A stretch of 64,000 bases of DNA from Phoronis australis (GCA_002633005.1 NMRA01000137.1:434001-498000); one strand, 5' to 3'; positions 28,166-41,037 are shown, numbered from the stretch's first letter. Translations and numbers: made by a program. Notes: generated by a model from the sequence alone, not told the origin.

Positions 28166-29982
28166 TTTTATGCGCCCACATATTTATATGTGGACGCATT
28201 ATGCCGTCATCTCCGTCCGTCCGGCGTCCGTCCGGCGTTCTTCCGGCGTCCGTCCGGCGTTCGGCTTCCGGCGTCTGCTGCTCTATCTCCAAAACGCTTT
28301 GTTGCACGTTCATGAAATTTTGCACATCTGTTCCTATCATGGATGGGACGGCATGAGGGAACTTTCGGACAGATCCGACTACCGGTTTGCCCCCTAGTGG
28401 CAATTTTAGTTTTTTACGCTATATCTTCAAAGGTCCTAAACGTATTTTCATAAAAGTTGGCATGTAGGCTTCTATTGGTGAGATGACGCTATACTCCTGT
28501 TTTCGGATGGATTCGAGGCAGTTTGCGCCACCTAGTGGCCATTTTTGCTGTTTTCGAGTCTGTTTTTTTGGCGTCCACCCCTCTATCAACCAAACCGCTC
28601 TAAGGATGATTGTGGAAATAGGCATGTATGTTCTTATTATGAAGAGGACGGCTGACGATGCTTTTCCGACAATTTCGACTACTGTGGCGCCTCCTAGTGG
28701 CAGTTTTGTCTCTTTTTGCGCCCATGGCTGTATCTCCTAAACCGTTGGCAGGATGTTTACTAAATTCTGCAAGCGTATTTATATGATGTTGACAAGGGAT
28801 GACGACAACTTTCGGACAGATCTGACTACCGGTGTGCCCCCTAGTGGCAATTTATGTTTTTACGTTTACCTCTGTATCTTCAAAGCCCTCAACGTATTTT
28901 CATAAAATTTGAAATACAGGCACCTATTAGTGAGATGAAGCTATCATCTCATTTTCGGATGGATTTGACGTAGTTTGCGCCACCTAGTGGCCATTTTTAC
29001 TGTTTTTAGTCTGCTTTTGGTGTCCACCCTCCTATCAACCAAACCGCACTAAGAATGATTGTGAAAATTGGCATTATATGTTCCTACTACGAAGCTGACG
29101 TTGATTTACCAATGACTTCGACTACTGTGGCGCCTCTTAGTGGCAGTTTTGTTTTTTTTTCCGCCCATGGCTGTATTTCCTAAACGGTTTGCAGCATCTT
29201 TGCTAAATTTAGTAAGTGTATTTATATGATGTTAACAACGGATGTCAACAACTTTCGGACGGATCTGACAACCAGTGTGCCCCGTAGTGGCAATTTTCAT
29301 TTTTAGGCTTACCTCTGTATCTCCAAAGGTCCTCAACGGATTATCAGAAAGTTTGGAATATAGACATTTATTGGTGAGATGATGCTATCCTCCCGCTTTG
29401 GGATGGAATCGACGAACTTTTGCTCCACCTAGAGGCCATTATTCCTGTTTTCGAGTCTTGTTTATCGGCGTCCACCCCTCGATCAACCAAACCATTCTGA
29501 GTATGACTTTGAAAATTGGTATATGGTATATGTTCTCAGTCTAAAGAGGACGGTTGACCATAACGCATTCGACTACTGTAGCGCCTCCTAGTGGTAGTTT
29601 TGTTTTGTTTTGTTTTGTTTTGTGTCCATAGCTGCATCTCGTAAACTCACTGCAGGATCTTTATTAAATTTAGTTGATTGTATTTGTATGAAGCTAACAA
29701 CAGATGACGACGTCTTTCAGGCGGATCCAATGAAGGCTGTGTCCCAAAGTGGCAGTTTCATTATTTTTTCCTTTGTTTCTCTGAAGTTCCTTGACAGATT
29801 TTCATGAAATTTGCTAAATAGCTTTCTATTTAAGAAGCGATGGTATGTACCCATTTTCAGATGTATTGAATGTTTTTTTCGCCCTCTTGTGGCTATTTTT
29901 ATGAAACAAATAAACAACCCTAGAAGCACTCCGTTTGCGGTGCATTCGTGGGCGCATTTCAACGCTCCGCGTTGCTCTTGTT
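28166..29982 (+). mobile_element. Helentron-associated (HINE/DINE-1-like) non-autonomous element with internal tandem array
   Basis: 5' T-run followed by atgcgcccacatat/atatgtggacgcat inverted repeat, then a (TCCG)n-like microsatellite and ~150-bp tandem repeats. 3' sub-terminal gtgggcgcat, stem-loop caacgc-tcc-gcgttg and CTTGTT end. Confidence 0.85.
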
Positions 29983-30461
29983 ATCTGAAGCTATTTTACG
30001 GTCATGTTCTTTAAATTTAAAAGATACTAAATCTTGGCTTGACAACTTCAACCAAACTTTCAATTGTACAATTAGTATTTCTCCTGAGAGACAAGCAATA
30101 CACTATGTAACAAATTGAATCGTGTGAAACTAGATGAGCTTGAGATATTCCCCGCAACTGTCGATTACGTTGCCTAAATTGTCAGTATATCTTGCCTTTT
30201 AACCCCTTTACAAGGGTCCTTTTCGTATTTAAAACTTTTGAGGGCTGGCAAGGGTTACAAAGCATTAATTTGTTTCGAAGATTTAAGTGTTCAGCCTCAA
30301 TTGGCTAGATAGAGTTAAGAGTTCCTTTAAGATTGCAGGTTAGTTAGCGCCTTGTCCCCTGTTCTTCAAAACCCGGTTTTTAAGTTAGTTTTAAACAAAT
30401 GTTTGTGATATGTCAATAATTGCACTGTGGTCTTCTTTAAATCCTCTGCCCACGATTGCAG

Positions 30462-30662
30462 GAGAGGAACGCATATCTTCCGAGACTTCCGGTTATGAAC
30501 AGGAGGGGCTTGTCCAGTTTGTTGTTGACGCGGTGTATGCACTAGCCTACGCTATTCATGGTATGGTCAAAACTAAGTGTTCAAGTCTGAAATTGTGCTC
30601 AAAGTTCAAGGACGCGACTGGGGAAGAGGTTCTGCATTCTATCCGGAATGTGTCATTCAAGG
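30462..30662 (+). CDS. GRM: mGluR-like exon (Venus flytrap domain)
   Basis: attgcag|...aagg|gtagg. GEERISSETSGYEQEGLVQFVVDAVYALAYAIHGM...IRNVSFK. 201 bp, phase 1-1. Confidence 0.96.
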
Positions 30663-32057
30663 GTAGGTTAATTAACTATTTGCACCCTGTCCAGTAGGCC
30701 AATAGGTCCTATTCACTTTAGAGTGCCAACTTTATGATTAGTGGACATTTCCATGCGGTCTTGAATACCCTACCGCCCCGATCGCTATGGATTCTCCTTC
30801 TGTTCCGTTCAGTTGGCACCGATTCTTCCGGGTCGGTTAGGAAGCATAATTGTCCACAATCAGTGAATCCGTTATGCAGTATGTGGACTGACCGTTTGAA
30901 GGTGCTCTTTACTGTTAATGAGCTGTCACTAGCTGCCGGTGAGGCGTATGTTCAATGCACATCCAGCTTCTTGGTTGCAGGCCTGAAACTAACTTCCAGG
31001 TTGGAGGCCAGTTAGTCGGACGATGAATAAATTGTTTATACAGCAATTTCCCGGCTTCTGTTACGCACACTTAGAGGAAGTCTTGCTTGGTGGAAAATTG
31101 CCAATCCTCGCCATGTATTTCTGCTCTAATTGTAAAGAACAGTATGCACAATCTCATATTTACACATGTTCTGTGAGAGCAAACTTATGTCTTGTCACAG
31201 ATTTACATTTACATTTATTGTATCCATGCTCTTTTCGGATTTAGGGGATTCTTTGGACCCGTTCCAGCCTTCCTGACATAACCATTGGGGTTAATATAAC
31301 GTTGTTATGGTTACCTGTACACTTTAGTTCTTGTCCCCAATGCTTTAAATACCGTCACGATGACAAGTGGCATGTATGTTTACGTGGCCACGGTCACATG
31401 TCTCAGACTTTGGTGGTGGAGACGGAATCGTGAATTAGTTTGATAGATGAAGACATTTCACCGAGAGACAAAATTTAATGCGTGCGCATCCCAGGTCTGC
31501 AGGATATCCGTCTTTGTTTCTAGCAGCCTGTAGACATGTAGCTGTTTTATATGACTATAACCATGATGTCCTGCAATTCAATTTGCATGTCTAGCATGAC
31601 GTTATTATGATATTTTGGTCAAGCAAAATTAAAATGTCATAATTAAAAACAATTATAGTTATTTGGCCAAATTTACGTAGCGTTTTAGATTGCTAAGCAC
31701 TCCGAAAATAATTACGTGGCTATGCACCTGGTCAATCTTTTTCCTTCTCAGCTCCCGGGGGGCATACAAAGGGTGCAACCGTTGTCGGAGCACACCAATT
31801 AACCCAAACACATAATTTTGTAAAAATTACAAAGATTACAGCAAATTGTCCTCATTGTTACCTAAACCGGAAAAAATCTGAGACCTAAGCAATTTTGGAA
31901 ATGTGGCGTGCTGTGCATAACTATTCCTATCTGTGTGTCCAAATCGCGTCATAGTAGTGGCAGTTACGTCATCACTCAACGACATCGAATATGCACTCGA
32001 CGTACCTTTCAAACCATGAGCTGTTCCGTGTGTCTCACATTCCATTGTTTCGTACAG

Positions 32058-32184
32058 GAGCTGGAGAAACTTTGGTACAGTTCAACGAAGTCGGCGACGG
32101 CTTTGGTCGCTACAACGTGTTTCAGTTTCAAAAGTCGCACCAGGGAGATTACAGATACGTAGCAATTGGCGAGTGGACCGGCAG
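32058..32184 (+). CDS. GRM: mGluR-like exon (end of Venus flytrap domain)
   Basis: cgtacag|...gcag|gtaaac. GAGETLVQFNEVGDGFGRYNVFQFQKSHQGDYRYVAIGEWTG. 127 bp, phase 1-2. Confidence 0.95.
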
Positions 32185-32932
32185 GTAAACCTTGAATACA
32201 TGTTCCGCTTCTATACTAGGATCTTGTAATGGTAGTGTTTATTACAAAAAAGCGGGTTACACAGTATTTCCTTCGAGACAGAATGTTTATATTATATACT
32301 CGTTGGTTTACCTTCTGTGCTGTTTTGAATAGCGCGCGAGTTCTTACGCAAGGTGCAGTAACATATGAAATCACCTTACTCCATCGTATACTGCATTTTT
32401 CATCATAGCGTCTAGCACAGGATTTCGGAAGAACACCTCACTCACTTCCCATCAACTATCGTCTATTTTATTACAACTTTGTATCCTAACGTATTATTTT
32501 CTCTGAAAGACTAGTTTACCTGGCTGCGAGAGTCGACAGAAGTTAGCTAGTATTGTTATTACATACAAATACGTTGAGGCATATGTCATTTTGTAAACCC
32601 CTTCTCCAATATTAACATACTGTTTGTATCGGATATTGCACGATGCTACATCCCCTACCCTACGGACAAAACCAAAGATGTCGTCAGGTCCATTTCACGG
32701 CCTGCGCGGTAGTTTTCTTTTGAAAACTGTAGTTGGGCCTCCCCTTGCGGCATCGTAGACCCGCTAGTTTTGTCTTCATGTTTTCGACTAAAAGACTAAT
32801 TGCCGGTGCTTTGACACTTTAAAAACTCGAGGAGCACAGGGTAGCCTTAGCGAACGCGTTTCTGTCTTGCGCCATGTAGCTGAAACAAAAGCGAGTACTT
32901 TTTAACTGCTGTCCATCACTGTTATGTTTCAG

Positions 32933-33029
32933 TTTGAATATCAACATAAGCCAAGCTCGATGGAAGAACGGTACTCATCCTCCTAAATCAATCTGTTCTG
33001 AGCCGTGTCCCGTGGGCCATATGAAAAAG
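32933..33029 (+). CDS. GRM: mGluR-like exon (start of nine-cysteine domain)
   Basis: gtttcag|...aag|gtaga. SLNINISQARWKNGTHPPKSICSEPCPVGHMKK (P-x-S-x-CS-x-PC motif). 97 bp, phase 2-0. Confidence 0.93.
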
Positions 33030-34703
33030 GTAGAAATTCGGCTGCCTTCCGTAAACGCGAGACAACGCGAGACCTAGCTTTTCTCGCCAATGCCTTGCGT
33101 GTGCGGAAGTGGTACCTGCTTTGCTTTAAAGACAGTTGTAAAATGTAACCATGTAAATGTCCATGAATATCTTGGAAAACACTTAACAGACGTTTCTTTG
33201 GCAAGATAACTCGTGGAGTTTGACTGAAGCATAAAGTTTTAACAAAGTATGTATGCACACATCAAATCAAGTTCCAGCCCAATACAAAATTTTGCTAATC
33301 CAGTTTGCAGTGTGCCATCTTGAAAACTGTAGATTTAAGTATGATCAAAGACTTCAATCGACTTATTTTCTGCCAATTTTTTTTTTATTCCACTTTTTTA
33401 CTTGTCACAAATCACAAATATATACGTCCATATATTTAAACGCAAATAATTTGGTTACTTAGTTACTTGCGAAACGTAAACAAAAAGTTTTTTGATGCAG
33501 CATTTATGAAAATGTGACCACACAAATACCACATGACCATCTTCTATATAACCCACAATCCCATGGTGAGGTAAATGCTTTTGTTCAGGCCAAGCTCCGC
33601 ATTACGGCAGAGTTTATTTTAGAACAAATGTGATATTTGTGTCAATTGACCTCAAATCTATGGATGAATTTTGAAGATCTATGGGTCATCAATCTGAGTA
33701 TGTCGTTCTTCCTTATAAAAACCTAACCATTGGCACTTTTGTTCCTACTGTATGCCTTCCTTGCCATACCCTATACTATCATACAATTAAATCGCAAGGC
33801 ACTAGGTCATTTATATTGTTTGGGGGGCACTTTGATTATATTGACTTTCAACAATAGGTAATTACCCCCCAGGTTATGACGGGGGACGGGTATACTAAAC
33901 CACAAGGGCATATTAGCTTAAAAACCCAGTTAAACAATGGGAGAGACTGGCAGTTGGATTTATTCCTCTTTTAGGGTTAGATTAATGAACTACTATGTAT
34001 CAATTGCATTTGTCACAGTGTCCACGAAATCTGAGCTGGGATCAAACAGAAGTCGTTTTCGCGTTATTATTACTCTAAAGAATTCACTATGAGTACGCAA
34101 TTATTCTAGCGGCAAGAAAGCGATTGCCGACACTTTTTTAATGCGCCAGTTGACCCGAGGTGAGCAAACATAGTGCGTCAAGGAGTATTTTCATGGGCGG
34201 CGCATCACTGAAATAAGTGGGAGGCTATTACCCCTCAACCCTCTATCGCAGAGCGCTACCCTAAAAACTATCCCTTTTACGTGATATGACATCCTATCTG
34301 GATCAGAAACAATGGATATGTTGTGCTTGCTGGTTGCGAATGTAACGAAAGTGATTGAAAATCCCCTTCCTGTTCTATGGGTATTTCGTGACCTGTTCAC
34401 AGATTCTTCAATGTACAGGAACCTTAAAATGATTCATTATAAGAAGTGAAATTCAATGATAGTCTTTGACGTTGCACTGCCGTTTAACTGCTGTCACACC
34501 ACGTATTGATTTCATTGGGAACCAGTGACGTCGTGTTTACCGAGACTTGCCTTTTCATGGAATTTTAACAAAGGACTTCGATCAAACGTAGCGGGATGTT
34601 GAAAAATGTTTCTATTTTCATTCGTTGGCCGTTGTAATGTAAAGCCAGTGAATAGCGTTCATTCTGTCTCTTTGAAACACCAACATTTTTATCATTTTTG
34701 CAG

Positions 34704-35525
34704 ATGACTGAGGCGTGCTGTTGGATTTGTGTCCCTTGCGGCGAGTTTGAAATCTTAACGAACGAAACGCAGTGTACAACATGTCAGAAAGGAACAGTAC
34801 CGAGTAAAGATAAAACTGTATGTCAGCCTTTGCCAATCTTACATATGGAATGGGATACTCCGGCAGCCATTATACCGTTAATTGTAGCCGTACTCGGAGT
34901 GATCTTGACTACCTTCGTCTTGGCTGTCTTTATAAAATACAACAGCACCCCGCTGGTAATGGCGTCTGCGCGTGAATTGTGCTTCGTCATTTTGGCGGGA
35001 ATCATGATGAGCTTTTTGATAACAGTTCCAATGCTGAGCCCACCCAGCCCAGGATCATGCGCAGTGCTTCGTGCCGGATTAGGAATGTCGCTTGCTATGT
35101 GTTACGCTGGGATGCTCACCAAAACCAATAGAATATCGAGGATATTCAACAGGACTGCGAAGAACATGATGAAGCGACCGCAGTACACGAGTCCCAAATC
35201 TCAACTAGTCATATGCTCAATTCTGGTCTCAGTGCAAATTGTGGGTGTCGCAGTATGGATGTTCATCGACGCCCCGAATTCCATCAAAAGTTACCCCGAC
35301 CGTTACACCGTGATTTTGCGGTGTAAAGCTAGTGAAATGACGTTGATTATATCTCTAGCCTACGACATGATTCTCATTATAATGTGCACAGTGTACGCCA
35401 TAAAGACGCGCAAAATTCCTGAGAATTTCAACGAAGCTAAATACATAGCTTTCACGATGTACTCCACGTGTATCGTCTGGGTGGCATTTGTACCCATTTA
35501 CTTTTCAACAGGGAGCAGCTTCATG
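34704..35525 (+). CDS. GRM: mGluR-like exon (cysteine-rich domain and TM1-TM6)
   Basis: ttttgcag|...atg|gtaaga. Contains CCWxC, NSTPLVMASARELC, KTNRISRIF and KTRKIPENFNEAKYIAFTMYSTCIVWVAF. 822 bp, phase 0-0. Confidence 0.97.
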
Positions 35526-36183
35526 GTAAGAACATAGTTACATGTTTGCCGCAGCAGTGATTGCAGGCATACAGGTTTTCAGCACATTCATAAGATGATT
35601 TCTAATATAGTTCCCAAAAAGGACTACCTGAAATAAAATTTTGTTTCGTCCGACCAAACTTTAAATTTCGATCATTCGCCGTTATGAAATCGATCTTAAG
35701 TTGGTCTTTAATCCGATAGGAGTGGACGCGTGGGTTTGCAAAAAACTGACAGTTCGTTATGCCTCGAGACCATGCGTGACCCATAAAATGAATCGTCATG
35801 GCAATGGAGCATTTGGACCTTGTTTTCAAACAAAAACGATGTTACAGTTTGTGTAAGCCCTGAAATCATCTCACATTTGTTAAGGAGACAATGCGAGATT
35901 AATTTCATAACGGTAAGTGGTCTAAACTATGGAGCAACACCTGTCGAGAATCTGTCGGGATTTAGGCCGAATTTGACCGGATTGTAGTTGAAAGTAAATG
36001 TATATTTACTCGCGTTGTTTATGCGTCAAATTTCGACGTGTCCAGTTTATTTTGGAAATTGCTGTACAGTAGGTACAGACACCTGTATTACAAGCACTTT
36101 AGCGCTGTTATAGGGGGTCATAAAATGTCTGCTCATTCTATGCGCCAATGTAATAACGGTTGTGTCGTGTATTTTACTTTCAG

Positions 36184-37116
36184 ATTCAAATCACCACTCT
36201 CAGCGTCTGCACCAGCATCAGCGCGTATGTGGTGCTCTTCTGTCTCTTTCTACCCAAAGTCTACATCATTCTTTTTGCGCCACATAAAAACGTTCGCCCT
36301 TCTAGCCTCACGACCTCGCTTAAAGGTTTTGGCTCAAGTTTCCACGCGAAGTCTTTTACGATGAGCGTGCCAAAGGATGCCTCGTCGGATGCCAACGGTT
36401 GCGTTGATGGAAAAGTAGACGGAGCCGTGAATCATGTGCCTAAGTCTGACGGGAAAATAAGGTTGTCGTCTGACTTCAACACCGATTTCGAGGATTCGGG
36501 AATGGATTTCACAGACGTTAAAATGGATTTGGATGAAAACAGTGACGATGTTTACGAAGCTTCGTCTGACGATAGAGTTTGTCTCCAATCATGTGAAACT
36601 ACAAAGCATGACTCTCGAGCCGAAATCACAGAAAACAGTCCGATAAATCAACGACGACATGTCAGTGTCTCGTTCTCAGTCGATTCAGGTCGCGGAAGGT
36701 CCACTGAACCTCTCCTGCGACAAGACAGTGAAATGACAGACGTTAGTGAGACCAGTAAACCTCCTGACATCGTTGTGTCGAATTTTGACTCCAAGCAAGA
36801 TGGCGGCAAGCCTGGAAATCACGTGGGTCGGTCGTCACTGAAAACGAGGTCTCCCCCTGCTAGTCCCGGAGAGTACAAGAAAGTGGTGCGAGTATCGTTC
36901 TCAGACGATGCACAGTTGGAAGAAATTCAATCAAATTTGAATGGAAGTTACAACGAACACATATCCTTGTTACCCCAGTTTAGTAGAAACAATGTTGAGG
37001 AGAACAACAAAGGACTTAAGCCTCATGCAAATGGTAGCAGACGACCTCCTTCGCCTCCAAATATTGATAAGGAGGTCATTTTGGGATTAAACAGTTTAAA
37101 AGAATCTTTTTGTTAA
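36184..37116 (+). CDS. GRM: mGluR-like terminal exon (TM7 and long Ser/Asp-rich cytoplasmic tail)
   Basis: ctttcag acceptor. IQITTLSVCTSISAYVVLFCLFLPKVYIILFAPHKNVR...KESFC*, TAA at 37114-37116. Confidence 0.95.
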   Translation: MQITTLSVCTSISAYVVLFCLFLPKVYIILFAPHKNVRPSSLTTSLKGFGSSFHAKSFTMSVPKDASSDANGCVDGKVDGAVNHVPKSDGKIRLSSDFNTDFEDSGMDFTDVKMDLDENSDDVYEASSDDRVCLQSCETTKHDSRAEITENSPINQRRHVSVSFSVDSGRGRSTEPLLRQDSEMTDVSETSKPPDIVVSNFDSKQDGGKPGNHVGRSSLKTRSPPASPGEYKKVVRVSFSDDAQLEEIQSNLNGSYNEHISLLPQFSRNNVEENNKGLKPHANGSRRPPSPPNIDKEVILGLNSLKESFC

Positions 37117-38059
37117 CAACTCAGTTCCCAGGCTTTCCAACGTTCCAACTTTTTTAATTTAAGGAGTTTTCCACATTATCCATACATGTGCTTTTTCATA
37201 TTTTTAATTCACAAATCAGAAACATCACATACAGTAAAGGCATCGTATGAGAGTGAATGTCTCATTTTAGGTATTCACAGAAAGTATATGTACACTGTCG
37301 GCTATTTCACAACAGCGTCATTTCCGTTTATCAGGAAGGACACTCAAGGCACATTTTTGTAAAACTGTTACTTGTAAATCTCAACATTTACTGTAGTCCA
37401 AGTTATTGCTATAATGGTAAAAGACCTTGAATTGTGTTGATTCCACGTCTTAATCGTAAAAGTTGTTGCATGAAGCTGTTTCGGAACAGTGCGACTACAC
37501 CTGCATTGGTTTTAAGCTGCAGCTAAATATGATGGCCTAAAGTGTCCGGACTACACTTGAACCATACCGCACTAACTTACCAAAACTTTGATCATGTTTT
37601 CGCCCCGTGCACTGAATATCAAAGAGTTTGAGTTGGATCAATCTCTTTTGCATGTGCCATACCTACAGGTGTCTGTGTACAAACATTGCTCAAAAACTGA
37701 AATAGTCGTCATGTCTTCTTCCAAAACTAGTTAGAGTATTGGGGACACGCATTGCTTTAGTAATACAATTGGAGTGCTGGCTTCAGTTCACTTCTACCAT
37801 GTTCTCATCAATAAAGGAACAATTTGTATCGACAAAGCACTTGCAGATCTCCAAAAAGCTCAATATAGTTTTAGTTTTTGACCGTGTCGTTTACTTTCTG
37901 GGAGGCCAGCTTCTCTCAGTGTTAGATGTCAATGAAATTACTTAAGGAGGACTGTTCTAGTTTTATTATTTGTTTTACTTTTGTTAGATTTTTGTGGAAA
38001 AGATATCCTATTTTTCACATTTTCATTTAAAGTTGCTAAAGTTACACTTAATGGCAGCT

Positions 38060-38280
38060 GCTCATCATCACCATCATCGTCATCATCGCTCTCGTGGTCT
38101 TCTCCTTCAAGCGTTGTCGTCGTCATTATTGTAGTTATAACCACAGCAACAGTTACTGTCGTGGATTTCATCCCCACTGTCTCCATCCACATCCACTGCG
38201 TCTTCTCCATCTTCTTCATTTTCTCATCATTATCGTCATCCTCACCACCAATACCATTCTATTTTATCGTCATCAACGCC
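38060..38280. repeat. Degenerate (CAT)n low-complexity tract 3' of the mGluR stop
   Basis: catcatcaccatcatcgtcatcatc-type runs. Confidence 0.75.
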
Positions 38281-40499
38281 TCCACTTGGTATTTTCTGTA
38301 CACCATTGACAGAATTGTTACTTAAATCTGCCTATTATTACTACAAAATGTTTTGAAAATTATTAATTATTGCGGTGTAAATTTGTTTCTTGGCTAATCT
38401 ATATACTATACATTTACGTTGTGTGCACTCAGTTGAGGTGCATTGGGACTGTGTAATAAACAGGTATCCAAACCTGATGTTGTTTTGAATACATGAACAC
38501 GCAGAAAACATATCTATCATCAGGCTACATGTACTGAGCACGTTGCGGGTGGGTCATGGGCTTTTAAAGCTCATTCTGTGACCGTTGTTGAGGGAGGCAT
38601 TTGTGTTTTGGTGCTTTCGACGTCACAAACTGTTGTATTTCATTAAAATAAAACGTATGTATGTTTAAATTTTCACATTTCCATGAAATATGACATTTAA
38701 ATTTGACTAACTCCTAAAAGATGAAAATAAAGATTCAGTATTTTTATTATATTTCATGCCTTCAATTTGACATTTATCAAGTGTTACTTGGCAAAGTGTA
38801 AGCAGTTTTATTTCACAAAATTGCGATTTCAAGAGAAAAACCAGTCATACTGACTTATCAAAGCAGATAGGAACTGACACTTGCTGTTTTGATCAACCAA
38901 ACAATATCCTCAAATTTTAGAATGGTTGGATTCATCGCAAAGTTGATTTGACTTTGTTTTAAAGATTTTTTTTCAAAAATAAGACTTGATTGCAGTGCCA
39001 GTGAAGAGGTCGCCCCGAATCTCCAGTATTTGTGTTTTCACATCCCACTGCTGCTCAGACGACAATCCCTCAGCCTGGAAATTCCGAGTCGAGGTTAAGT
39101 TGCAACAGAACACAAAAACGGGGACATATCGAGCATGGAAAGAAGCAACATACAGCGCCACCTGTCCTTAAATAACGTTATAGTAAGAGTGTAAAACATA
39201 TTATTTACAAAATCGTGCAACTTAAAAGACGGAGACTTTTCGAATGTAAAGTGCTTGAAGGACTGGTGTATTTAGCCACACAGGAAAATGAAATAGTTGT
39301 CTCCTGATATTGTCACAGAATGAAGACTGGAGCTACAGGACATCGCCTATAACTTTTAATTCAGATTGCTGAACCCGTATTAGGTGAACAAGACGGCTGT
39401 TAAACCGAAACAAATTATGAGCTTTGAACTGATAAATAAAATCACCCAAGTTGCACGCCAATCCTTGCATTCCAGTAACAAACGCAGGAAATTTTAAATG
39501 GGTTGTCGCAAAAGTATTATCCGCAGTTAGAGAACGCAATGGTACGCACTTTGTTCCGTGTTTTTGTATCCGGATCACAGGTCATGATTTATTCCAATAC
39601 ATAACGTACAAATTAGGTTTAACTTAAATTTCGGCCGCCTTATTTGCCAAGCTCGGGCATTTACAATTATGAAAGTGGTCTTGAGAGTAAAAACCAAAGC
39701 CAAGGTTTGAAAAACTTCGTGAACATCGGCAAAAATGCGTACTAATTAGCTAAGATACGAAGGATTTTGGTGCTGCGCACAACAGAAACGGCAAAAAGTA
39801 AACCTTATTCACGTGGTCGCTATTTTCGTAGTGAGCCTCTGATGCAATGGACACATGACTATAACGAGACACGCGAAAAATCACGCTCTGCGCCGTGATT
39901 AAGCGCAAAATGCAGTTTCCTAAAAACCTAAAAAGAAGGTCACTTTTAAAATGGCGGCTGTACATCTAGCAAATACGCAATTCTAGTATTGACTGACATG
40001 TACGACTTGCTAACTTCAAAAATTGGCTTCCCTTGCGAGATCAAAGATCCGCCAGCGAAAACTCGATGACCACCTTCATTTGTGAACTGCAAATTACTAT
40101 ACAATATACCTGTACACAAATAAATGAAATAACAAATGACTTCAGATGAATTGAGTAACAAAAGGACAGCTGTGTAAGGCAAACATATTAAAATGACGTA
40201 AAAGGGTACGTAGTTGGATGGACGTTACTTCAAATATACAGTAAAATTGTCTCTCGTTATTTGTTTCTACCTGAGGTCCAGAAATAGTTAATTTCAAATA
40301 CAATGGCACTAAAAACAACACGATTTGCGGCACGATGAAGAGGTTCTCACAACAGTAACCTCGTACATGATTATTCTTCCTTTTAAAACTATTGTTAAAA
40401 TAAAGCGTAAATAGAAATACATGTTGCTGTATAGATGGAAGATAAGACATAAACTGTCGATAGCTTTTCCTTTTCACATCTTGTCTCAAGGCTTCTTTT

Positions 40500-40753
40500 C
40501 ATGCGCGCACCCAACCTAAAAATGGGGGGCTCGAAATTTTGAAAATGTGGACCTTTTACAAAAAAACGGTGTTGTTCAGAACTACGAATTGTGCATTCGC
40601 CGAATTTTTGTAGTTCCTGTCTTTTAAGTGGACTTTTGTCTCGTTCGTTTTCTACTTTTTCGGGCTTTTTGTTTCTCTGAGGTGGACGTTTTTGCCCACT
40701 TCGCCTAATGTGGGGCTCGTTCGTGCACCCAGGCCCTCCTGGGTGCGCACATG
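40500..40753. mobile_element. MITE just downstream of the aquaporin stop codon
   Basis: TIR catgcgcgcaccca / tgggtgcgcacatg. TSD unclear. Confidence 0.65.
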
Positions 40754-40921
40754 AGGCCTTTCTCGGATCACAGGTTGCTTGTAAAGTATTACTCCTGAGA
40801 AACCATCGACGCCACGTTGTTCACCTTGGACATGTAAACCTTTTCTCATTAGTCCAGGATTAAAGGCCTGACATCAAATTCAGAACTGACTGGCACGGCG
40901 CTCCTGTTATTTTGACCGACG

Positions 40922-41037
40922 TCACAGTATTGACTCTCTCGCGGAATCTGCGTTCAGACCGTTCTGGAGCATTTCCGTGTATTCTTCTTGGCTCTCGGAT
41001 CTGCGCTCGAGAGCAGTTACCAGCTTTTTCAATAACT
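40922..41037 (-). CDS. AQP: Aquaporin terminal exon 6 (cytoplasmic C-tail)
   Basis: ttttgtttcag acceptor, phase 1. ELLKKLVTALERRSESQEEYTEMLQNGLNADSARESIL*. Brings the CDS to 855 nt (284 aa). Assigned on splice site and phase, not homology. Confidence 0.75.

Noticed and set aside
28380-29895. CRISPR-like array (short conserved motif with regular spacing)
   Set aside because: The spacers are homologous to one another, the period is ~150 bp, the context is eukaryotic and there are no cas genes.
37938-38325. Overlapping Ser/Thr/Asp/His-rich ORFs (also 13883-14125)
   Set aside because: Artefacts of degenerate trinucleotide repeats.
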